Below are positions 10,306-19,800 of a stretch of 64,000 nt of DNA, in pieces. A program made the position numbers and the translations under genes. Position 1 is the stretch's first letter. Every line of letters begins with the position of its first letter. This DNA comes from Candidatus Altimarinota bacterium (GTDB lineage: Bacteria > Patescibacteriota > Gracilibacteria > CAIRYL01), in contig OZ252287.1 in assembly GCA_965250085.1 (NCBI GenBank), forward strand, positions 1,216,001 to 1,280,000, written 5' to 3'. The notes below the pieces were generated by a model. It was not told where the DNA came from. It saw nothing but the letters and a program-made list of their open reading frames with translations, and ran no database searches.

Positions 10306-11757
10306 ATGCTAACACTTTCATTTTCTCCAAAAGTAGATCCAAAGAAACAAAATATTTTGATTCCTCTTTTTTTTGATACTGCAAAAAAACTGGATCCAAA
10401 AGTGCTCAAGCGACTTTCTAATTCCCAAAAAGAGATAATTTTAGAAATTCTCAAAGCGGGTAACTTCCCTGAGAAAGGGATCTTTCCAGTGATGTGTGAG
10501 GAAAGTACTGTATACTTTTATTTTTTGGGAACAAAAAAAGACTATTCTTCACATGAAGCGCGTGAAGCTGGAGAAAATGTATTTTCCTTGGCGAATACGT
10601 ATCGACTTAAGGAGCTTGCAATATTTCCCGGAGAATTGGAAAAAGAGTGTGTGAGTGCATTTCAAGAGGGAGTGGTACTGGGGGCGTATGAATTTGAAGA
10701 ATGGAAAGGGGTCAAGTATCAGGAAAAAACAAAAAAGAAAACAAAATTATCTCATGTACAGTTTGTCCAATCGGAAAATGCGGAATATAAAAAGCGCTTG
10801 GAAATTATTTTTGAAGCAGTAAAATATGCGAAAGATATTATAAATACTCCTTCTCAGGAAGCGACGCCTGGTTATTTGGCAAAACTGGCAGAAAAATTTG
10901 CGAAGAGTTTAAAAAAGGTTTCGGTGAAGATATTTGGTGAGAAAGATTTGAAGAAACTTGGATGCGAGGGAATTCTGAGTGTTGGAAAGGGGAGTGAAGA
11001 AGAATCAAAGCTTATCATTCTTGCATATTCTGCAGGAGGGAAAGAAGCTCCTATTGCTCTTGTGGGCAAAGGAGTTACATTTGATACTGGTGGACTCAGT
11101 ATCAAGCCGGCTCGATATATGGCAACGATGAAGCAAGATCTGGGAGGAGCCGCAACAGTGTTAGGAGCGTTTTATGCTATTGCCTCTTCTGGTGTGAAGA
11201 AAAATGTACTTGCCGTCATTCCAACAGTGGAAAATGCCGTGAGTGCATGCTCTTACAAGCCAGATGATGTTCTAAAAATGTACAATGGAGTCACCGTTGA
11301 AGTGACCAATACAGACGCAGAAGGGAGGCTTATCCTCGCAGATGCACTCGCGTATACAGAAAAGAAGCTCAGTCCACGCGCAATGATTGATCTGGCAACA
11401 CTTACAGGGGCATGTGCGTATGCAGTGGGAAATGACTTTACTGCAGCACTCACCAATAATCGCAAACTTATAACAGCTCTTAAAAAAGCTGCTGATGAAA
11501 CAGACGAGCTTGTATGGGAACTTCCGCTTCATAAAAGATATATCAAACAAATGAAATCTCCAGTAGCGGATATTGTAAATTCTGCTGACAAACTCAAACC
11601 CGGCACAATTGAAGGGGCTCTTTTTTTGAGTCATTTTGTGGCAGAAAAAACGCCATGGTGCCATCTGGATATTGCTTCCGTTGCCTTTGATGATGCAAAA
11701 GGAATGGCGACTGGACAAAATGTCCGACTTTTATTGGAATTAGTAAAAAATTTATAA
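10306..11757 (+). CDS. pepA: Leucyl aminopeptidase (M17)
   Basis: VGKGVTFDTGG, MKQDLGG, NTDAEGRL, DLATLTGA, HLDIA. Confidence 0.96.
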   Translation: MLTLSFSPKVDPKKQNILIPLFFDTAKKLDPKVLKRLSNSQKEIILEILKAGNFPEKGIFPVMCEESTVYFYFLGTKKDYSSHEAREAGENVFSLANTYRLKELAIFPGELEKECVSAFQEGVVLGAYEFEEWKGVKYQEKTKKKTKLSHVQFVQSENAEYKKRLEIIFEAVKYAKDIINTPSQEATPGYLAKLAEKFAKSLKKVSVKIFGEKDLKKLGCEGILSVGKGSEEESKLIILAYSAGGKEAPIALVGKGVTFDTGGLSIKPARYMATMKQDLGGAATVLGAFYAIASSGVKKNVLAVIPTVENAVSACSYKPDDVLKMYNGVTVEVTNTDAEGRLILADALAYTEKKLSPRAMIDLATLTGACAYAVGNDFTAALTNNRKLITALKKAADETDELVWELPLHKRYIKQMKSPVADIVNSADKLKPGTIEGALFLSHFVAEKTPWCHLDIASVAFDDAKGMATGQNVRLLLELVKNL

Positions 11758-11830
11758 GCAAAAGAATTGTGAATAAGAAATTCCTTTGCTTTCTTGCGTT
11801 TTCTTTTGTTTTTGGTGAAAATAAGGACAT

Positions 11831-12193
11831 ATGGATCTAGGGAATATCCTTGCTTCCGGCGTACAAATAGACCTTTTGTCACAGGTCAGTTTGATTCCTG
11901 GGGCTGAAATCCCTGGATTTGGTGATGTGGGGAGAGCATTTGTTGATGGAAAATTTACATGGAATCATATTCTTCTCTATGGACTCTATCTGATCAAATT
12001 TATTCTTGGTGCCGCCGGAATCACTGCCATCATAGGCATTATGGAGGGAGGATATGCGTATATATTTGGTACCTTTACTGAATCCAAGGAAAAAGGAAAG
12101 GATAGGATCAAACACACACTTATAGGGTTTGTTCTTGTTATTCTTGCATGGGCTATTGTGGATATTGTGGTAGTGCTGGTAACATCTGGATAG
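11831..12193 (+). CDS. VirB2/TrbC-like (T4SS-type) pilin typical of CPR
   Basis: Two hydrophobic helices joined by GGYAYIFG...KEKGKDRIKHTLIG. Confidence 0.75.
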   Translation: MDLGNILASGVQIDLLSQVSLIPGAEIPGFGDVGRAFVDGKFTWNHILLYGLYLIKFILGAAGITAIIGIMEGGYAYIFGTFTESKEKGKDRIKHTLIGFVLVILAWAIVDIVVVLVTSG

Positions 12194-12239
12194 GTTTTTG
12201 AAGTCGGATTCTTCACCATTTATAATTTTAAATTTTCTC

Positions 12240-13496
12240 ATGCCCATAAAACATGTTTCTCAGGCCTTTTCTCGACTCCAAAAGAAAATAAGAAATCTCC
12301 AAAATCGTCTACAGGAAGATGAGAAAAATATAATTCCACAAGCAGAGCTTCCGAAAGCAGAAGATTCTCAGCGAATGGTAGTAGAAGTGTCACTGTGGGG
12401 AGTTACAAAGACACTTTTCCTTGTAGCAGCGTTTTATCTTGCCTTCTCTTTTTTGGGACGTATTACGAGTATTCTAGTCCTTCTGTTTATATCCTTGTTT
12501 TTTGCAATGACGCTCAGTCCAGGAGTGAATACGTTAGAAAAGAGATTCAAGATGCCGAGAGGCGTTGCCACCATTATATTAATGGTATTTGTTCTTTCAG
12601 CATTTCTCTTGATACTGGGTGGAGTTATTCCTATTTTTGCTGTGGAATTTGCCAAGATATGGGCAGCACTTACTGAATTTGTTACCAAGCTTAGTCAGGA
12701 AGATTTTTCATCACTTCCGATATGGATGAGAGAGATTATAGAAGAAGCAGTGCCAGTGATTCAGGATTATTTTCGCCGCATTAGCCCTGAAGAGCTCCAG
12801 TCAACCATTGCAAATTTTGCCAAAGATAATCTAGGGGAATACCTGAGCCAAGTTGGCAATATTGTAGGAGGTGGTATTTCACTTCTTTTCACACTTTTTG
12901 GAGGAGTGTTTCAGGCGATATTAGTACTCGTGCTCACTTTCTTTCTGGTACTTGAAAAAGGGCAAATGTCAAAATTTTTTGTGGGATTATTTCCTAAAAA
13001 ATACCACACATATCTCATTCATAAAGGCAATGAAGTAGAAACAAAAATCACCGAATGGGTTCATGGACAGGTCATGCTCTTTCTTATTGTTGGAGGAATT
13101 GCATATGTAGGTCTCACTATTTTAGGAATAGAGTATGCCCTTACACTTGCACTTATTGCAGGACTCGCAGAGTTTATTCCATATGTAGGACCTGCTATTG
13201 CATTCGCTTCTGCGGCGCCAGTAGCATTTAATGTCTCATTTTCTATTGGAGTTGCGACCATGATATTCTATGCATTTCTACAGGCCCTTGAAGGGAATAT
13301 AATCATTCCTCTGGTAATGAAAAAAGCAGTAGGAATTCCTCCTGTGGTGACTATCATTGCGATGCTTATTGGATGGGAATTTTTGGGGATCATCGGAATG
13401 ATCCTGGCGATACCAATTGCTTCTGTGCTTTCGCTTTTTGTGGATGATTATTCGGTATATGTAGAGGGCAATAGAAAAAAGAAAACAAAGAAGTAG
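12240..13496 (+). CDS. AI-2E family (PerM/UPF0118) transporter
   Basis: LSPGV..LE, EFIPYVGP, QALEGNIIIPLVM, GIIGMILAIP; multi-TM. Confidence 0.92.
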   Translation: MPIKHVSQAFSRLQKKIRNLQNRLQEDEKNIIPQAELPKAEDSQRMVVEVSLWGVTKTLFLVAAFYLAFSFLGRITSILVLLFISLFFAMTLSPGVNTLEKRFKMPRGVATIILMVFVLSAFLLILGGVIPIFAVEFAKIWAALTEFVTKLSQEDFSSLPIWMREIIEEAVPVIQDYFRRISPEELQSTIANFAKDNLGEYLSQVGNIVGGGISLLFTLFGGVFQAILVLVLTFFLVLEKGQMSKFFVGLFPKKYHTYLIHKGNEVETKITEWVHGQVMLFLIVGGIAYVGLTILGIEYALTLALIAGLAEFIPYVGPAIAFASAAPVAFNVSFSIGVATMIFYAFLQALEGNIIIPLVMKKAVGIPPVVTIIAMLIGWEFLGIIGMILAIPIASVLSLFVDDYSVYVEGNRKKKTKK

Positions 13497-13549
13497 TAAG
13501 TAGTAAGTAGTAAGTAGTAAGTAGTAAGTAGTAAGTAGTAAGTAGTAAG
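13491..13549 (+). repeat. Perfect heptamer tandem repeat (AAGTAGT)x8 plus AAG
   Basis: Read directly; begins on the last codon and stop of the AI-2E gene. Confidence 0.97.
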
Positions 13550-13755
13550 GCATTTTCTTTTTTGATAACGTGTTAACACGTTGATACATAATTGTTTGAT
13601 GCAAACCTTCTTTTTCTAAAGTCCGTATTGAGATTCAAACCTGAAAAAATTTCATTAAGGACTCTCATTGCAATCGTCAGGAATTTGGTTTTCAGTACTG
13701 CTTCAACTCAAAAGTTTTGAGATACTAAAACATTTCGATGAAGATTTTTTAAAAA

Positions 13756-13779
13756 GGATTCAAAATTTTGAATCCCTAC
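13756..13779 (-). repeat. GTAG-type REP-like palindrome
   Basis: GGATTCAAAATTTTGAATCC followed by CTAC; related to the perfect copy at 34527-34554. Confidence 0.75.
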
Positions 13780-13848
13780 GGGACACAGAACACACCAATC
13801 CAGGGGGAGAGGAAAAAGTAAAGCGGTCACTATTTATACTTCACACTT

Positions 13849-16800
13849 TTATCGTGTGCTCTGTGATGTACTAGTGGCTTCAATAGGAATCAAAAATCCA
13901 ATAGGGAGATCATCCAGGAGTCCGGGATCATATTCAAGGATTACTGCTGAGAGGAATTGAGTTTCTGCCAGATCATTATTTCCAGAGAAACTTCCGTTGT
14001 CGTCATATGAGGCAACACTACTCCAGTCCTGACCATCAAATCTTCGGGCTTCTTTCGAAGCGGTGTCTGCTGTCATCCAAATTTTCGGACCATTTGGATT
14101 GGGCACACAATTTACCAGTTCACAATCTTCACTCTCCATACCGTCAATAATGCCATCACCATTGATGTCATCTTCAAGTACCAGAAGGCGTTCAAACTTT
14201 CTTATTTTTTGAAGATCAAACCGAGTTGCTACCTTGAGAGCGGTTTCATCTCCGCTTGCGATATAATTGCTGATATATGTTGAATATTGATCAAATGAGG
14301 TAGTTGATGGCATAAGGAGATGTTCATAGTTCGGAAGACCTACGAGAGTCGAAGGTGCTGAAGCTAAGTTTTTGACTTGAGTAACTCCACCAGCGGTGTT
14401 TTGACTTGAGAACGCACCTAAAAAGTACAACTGATGGATCAGGGCATTATCCCATGCCACTTGGTTCTGAATACCATCATAGATACCCAACGTATCATCC
14501 ATAGTAAGAAGGGATCCTTCTACAAACGCAGCGGCTTTTATATTGGTTGGATTGGGTGAGATGAGCAGGTTCCCATATTGCTGGAATATACTTGTACCAA
14601 CTCCAGAAGATCTATTTTTGAGAATAATAATTCCCAAGTTTCCTGCACCAGTAATATTGTTTTTGAGATACACATTTCCTCCTTCTACAATAAGAGTACG
14701 AGGAGATTCTTCAGAATTGGAGCTCAAAACAGAATCACCATCGATTATGAGAGTAAATCCTTTATTCTGAGTGCCAGAAGTGATCCAAAGGACTTTGTTT
14801 TCTTCAAGAAGTCGACCAACACCCTTGGCGTTCGTTTGAGGATTACCAGAACTAGGAGTAAAGAGCTCGTCGATATTGGCAAAAATCATGTCAGAATCAA
14901 TCCCACTGATAAGATGTGTCGTAGTATCAACGGATTCATCAGCGGTTATTTTGCCGCTGATGAATGGATTTTGTGGCTCATTTGCATCAGCGTCATATGC
15001 ACGAGTAATTTCAGCAACGCTGCGGCGGATACCTTCTTGCATGGCGCTGTAGGGAAGATATCCAGAATCAAAGCTAACAGCTTCTGTGTTATCAATCGCG
15101 TCTGGTTCAACGCCTTCTCCATGAGTAGCTCCAGAGACAGAGAAGTACAAAATACCAACTCCTCCCGGATCTACGCACAATTCTGGATATCCCAAATCAC
15201 AGCATTGCTGATTGGTCAGTCCATCACATTCATGAGGAGGAAGAGGGCATCCAGGAGCATTCAATGGAGGAGCCGCGCAAAAGTCGGGATCTTTGGAGGC
15301 CATTTCATACTTAGCGGTTATCCCATTAATTTCGTAAGTAATGTACGCTAGATATTTGAGTTTATGACTCGGTTCCCAGCTTCCAATTACTTCGGGCACA
15401 AACTGCATGGTAAATGTTTCATTTGCGTCCAAGAGAGTAGAAAGAGCATCGTGTATGGAGCCGCTCCGCATACTGCCAAAGAGAGTAGTTCCTGCCACCT
15501 TTGCGAGTTCAAAGAGATTAAGAGGAGTCGCTGAAAATGGAGGGGTGAGACTCGTTGGATAAAAATTTTCAAAATTGATAAGCCGAGTTGGGTGTTGATT
15601 TCCATCTACGTCCTGAGTGTTCAGTTCCTGTAGCCAGGAGACATTCGTGACCTCTGTGGTGCTAGCTTTCTCAAGCGTGATATCAAAAAATCCGGTTTCT
15701 TCCTCTGGATAAGAAGTCGCAAACGTAGGGGTAGCCCGTATCATAGGAGCAAATTGAAGTGAATTTTCTGATCCGAAGAGATTTGCTGTTCCAGAAAAAA
15801 TCGGTTTTCCAGAGGCAGGAAGAGCTGTATCATCAAATCTCTGTGTTACATTCATAGCAGTTTTGATAGCGGCAGGGGAGAGAGCTCTGTCATAGATTTT
15901 TACATCGTCTAGCGTGCCATCAAAGTACGAGGCATTTTGATATGAAGTTCCAAGGCGAACATTCGCAAGATTGATATTAAGCGTATCGGTTTCATCCGAA
16001 TCTTTGAGTTCTCCATTAAGATATAATTTGCTTCCTCCAGTATCGCTGGTTGTCACGGCGACATGATACCAAGTATCGTTTTGGAGTTCAGAAGGAAGGA
16101 TTCTGAGAGTACTTCGGAAGCAAAGATTTCCATCGGCATTACTCGCATCTCCACCACTGGCGATATCAGTGCTGCACACACCAGTAGCTGGAGAGTGGTC
16201 CTGTATAAGCCACCAAGCGGCACCACTGGTGACTCCATCGCGACCATCTACTAAGAACTGGGTCCCTGAGTTTGTGTTTAGTTTTTTAAACCACATCATA
16301 AGGGTTGCCTCATTTGGATCCCCAAGAGAGCCAATATTTATCCAGTCATTATTGCCATCAAAGGATAGACCATTACTATGTTTGGCTTCTCCCCAGACAG
16401 CACCACCGTCTCCTCCGTCATTCACCGTTCCATCATTGGCATTGGCACTTTCATCATTTGCAACAGAACCACTCGTTTCATCAAGTGGAAGAGACATGAG
16501 AAGATCTGTATGAACAGGAGAGAGTCTTCTGGAGAAAGAAAAGTCATCGACCCATAAGCGATTGTCTTCTGTGTTGCCTCCGTCACCATAGTTGGTCGGA
16601 GCCATGGAAAAAATACGGAAACCCATCTGATTAGAGGGGACATCAAGAGTGCTTACTGTTTTGAGACTTGTTCCAGAAGCAGGGTTTACAATGAGGGATG
16701 TTGGAATATCTGTATTTGTTACGTCTTGGTATCTGGTGGCATCACCAAGTGTTCCGGCTCCAGGTTCTCCCAAGATTTGGACGAGTGAAATGCGATCATC

Positions 16801-19800
16801 AAATTGTAGAGAAATCTCGCCATCAAAAGCATTATTCTCCAAAAGAGTCACATCGTCCCAATACACATCGGTATTCAGAATATTAGAATAGGTCGCCAGT
16901 CGTATTTGGATCGTATCATCTGCTCCAGATACTGGTGTGAGCACAGGTGTCTCAAGGTACATCCATTCCCCAGTGCCGGTGACGACGTTACTGATGGCAT
17001 GAGCATTGCCCCATGGATTCGAGTGGGCAGAGAGTCGCACATCAATCCCTACAGGAGCTTTGACCCAAGCAGATGCAAAGAAGTCTCTTCCAAGAGCGCT
17101 GTTTGTCAGAGTTATGGTTTGTCTCAGTCCGTGACAATGCGGATGATTTTCACTGGCATAACAATCTCCGGGGGTTGTGCCAGTAACAGTGGATTTGACC
17201 GAATATGTTCCAGAATGTGCTTCTGCAGAGGTCCATTCTTCAGAGAGGGACGCGCTGTCTATTACAGCCCAATCAGAAGCATCAGTTCCACTTCCAGCTT
17301 CCATACCGGCATTTTGAACGTGAGAGCTAAACCACAGTGGCTCTGAGAAAGAAGTAGCATTTCCATATTGATCGTACAGTTCCACATTAAAGTCATAGCT
17401 ATCGGTCAGGTCAGCCACTGGATAGGCATTAGCGGTAACAGCAGATACCTCCCTTTGGACACTTGCATTATCCACATAGAATCGAGCTTCTACTGTCCCA
17501 TAGTGACCATATATATAAAACCGAGCAAAGCTGTCCATATCTACGTTGCTGTTGAGGGTAAAGACATGCTCAATCGTCTGCCACTGGTCAGCGATGGAAA
17601 CATATTTTTCTATTAATCCCATTCCTTCAGACTCTGTGCCCCATGAAGGCGTTCCTCCTTCTTCATGATGAATGCCAAATTTCACGGGCTTATTAACATC
17701 TGTTACTTTGACATCCAGAGAAACTTTGAGCTTTTCTCCCTGCACAAATCCACTCGCCCCCAAATCAGTAGCAATTGTTTGCCAGTCTCCCATCCATCGG
17801 TGAGTAAGGCCATAAGTGCCATTTTCATCAATGAATTCCAAGCATCCTCCACTTCCACCAGTACATTCAGTCCCCGTGGTGATATGTGAAAAATAACCAA
17901 TACTTGGAGAAGCAGCGCCAGCATTATATCCACCATTCCATCCCCCTGATCCTCTTGTCGTTCCGTTGAGAGCGGTATCCCATCCGGGAGTATATGCTTC
18001 GGACGAAGAAAAATCTCCATTTGTGAGGACACTATCTCCCCAATCGGTTACATTGGCGTCTATTTCTGCTTTCGAGTTAGTGCCATCGCACCCGCTCCAG
18101 CACGGATCTCCAGAAGTAATCTGATACACAATCGGGTCACCCGCAATTATTCCCGGGAGACGAATATTATTGATCGTGCTCTGAATATCCTTGTCATAGA
18201 GCCTTCCCGTGAGCCAATACAGACCGGGTGTTTTGGAAATACTTCCCATCATATTGAGATGGATGGTTTTTCCATCTGCACTACAGCTCAGGGTATAATC
18301 AGACCCTTTGCTGAGAGGCACACTATCCAGATATCCAGACATCCCAGAGGTTAATGTACCATTTTGCATCACGGTTCCAATTTCTGAGGTCGTCAAAGCT
18401 CGATCATAGATACGAATATCGTCTATAACACCATTAAAATAAACACTGCTTGCTCCGTCTAGATTTCGCCCTATATTCAGGGCAGTATTGTCAGATATAG
18501 GAGCCCCTCCAGCAGAGCCATTGGCCTGTTCTATTCCATTGATATATGTCTTTGCTGTAGTGCCATCATTTGTGATTACCACATGGTTCCACTGATCTCC
18601 AGTGATTGAGCCGATAGGTGTGTTAGGAGCTCCATCGTTAGTGGAGGTACTGTTATGAAATCGATGGTGGATAAATCCATCCGAGTGGAGCCATATATTA
18701 AAATTTCTTCCTGGCTTTCCCACAATCCCTGCCCATTCTGTTGGAGCGCCATTTCCGTTTGGCTTAATCCATACTGCAACTGTGTAATTCGTTATATTCA
18801 GGTCTGGATTTGCTGATACGGTTGCATAATCACCAGTTCCATCAAAATCAAGTCCATTGCCATATCGTCCGCTTGTCCAACCCGCGCCAGAAATGCTTCC
18901 TTGCAAAAGATTGGGTCCAGAATCAGAGGCAGTAATTCCTGTTCCATCATCCAGACGATAATGAGCTATTGGTTGTACCTCAGTATAGGTAGTACCAAAA
19001 TCGGTATACACGGTGCCATCAACAATGCGATGAATTTCTGCATCCAGAAGAGAACAGTTCCCCAAACTCATATTTGAAGTTCCGAGCTCTATACCGTCAA
19101 TACTATCATCTGCTGTAAAAATATCGCTGCTCGCGGTGAGGGTAATGGATATATTGGGGATCCAAAATGTTGTTGTCTGATAGGTCGCATTGGAGTCAAT
19201 GTTGGTGTCATCAAAAACCGGAGAATTGCCGATAGTTCCTAAGAGCACAATATTATCAGAAAAAGAGAGCCATCCATATGTACTGCTCCACGCATATCCA
19301 TACATAAATCCGGATCCGCGCTCGATACACACTCCATAATTACTCGCACTCGGAGGATCAAAGCTTGTTTTATAAGACTCACACGGAGGAGTCCCATTTG
19401 AAAGAGTAAGCGTGCTTCCAGTAGAAAGGAAACTCGCGTCACCGTTCAAAATACCCCAGTCTCCATCTAAGGTACCATATGTCCCGCTAAAATCGAGAAG
19501 TCCCAGAGAAGAACTATAGGCATTTCCAGAGAGGGGATAGTGGTTATTTTCATCCGCAATGGTTGCAATAGAAACGCCTTGATATACACCGGCATATGAT
19601 GTGCCATCCGGATCTCCAAACATCACCCATCCCATATCCTGTCCGTAAGCACTGTTGTGAATATTTCCAAACCATGGTGTTCCCGAAACCTGGATATCTA
19701 CCCCAGCACCGCCAGGACACATCTCGCCAAACCATTCGACCCCTTCTTCCACCATCTGCCACTGCATCGTGTAATTACCGGGAATAGCAGGAGCGGTGAC

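Noticed and set aside
13278-13604. ORF encoding LLTTYY repeats
   Set aside because: It is the antisense reading of the (AAGTAGT)8 array and overlaps the AI-2E gene.
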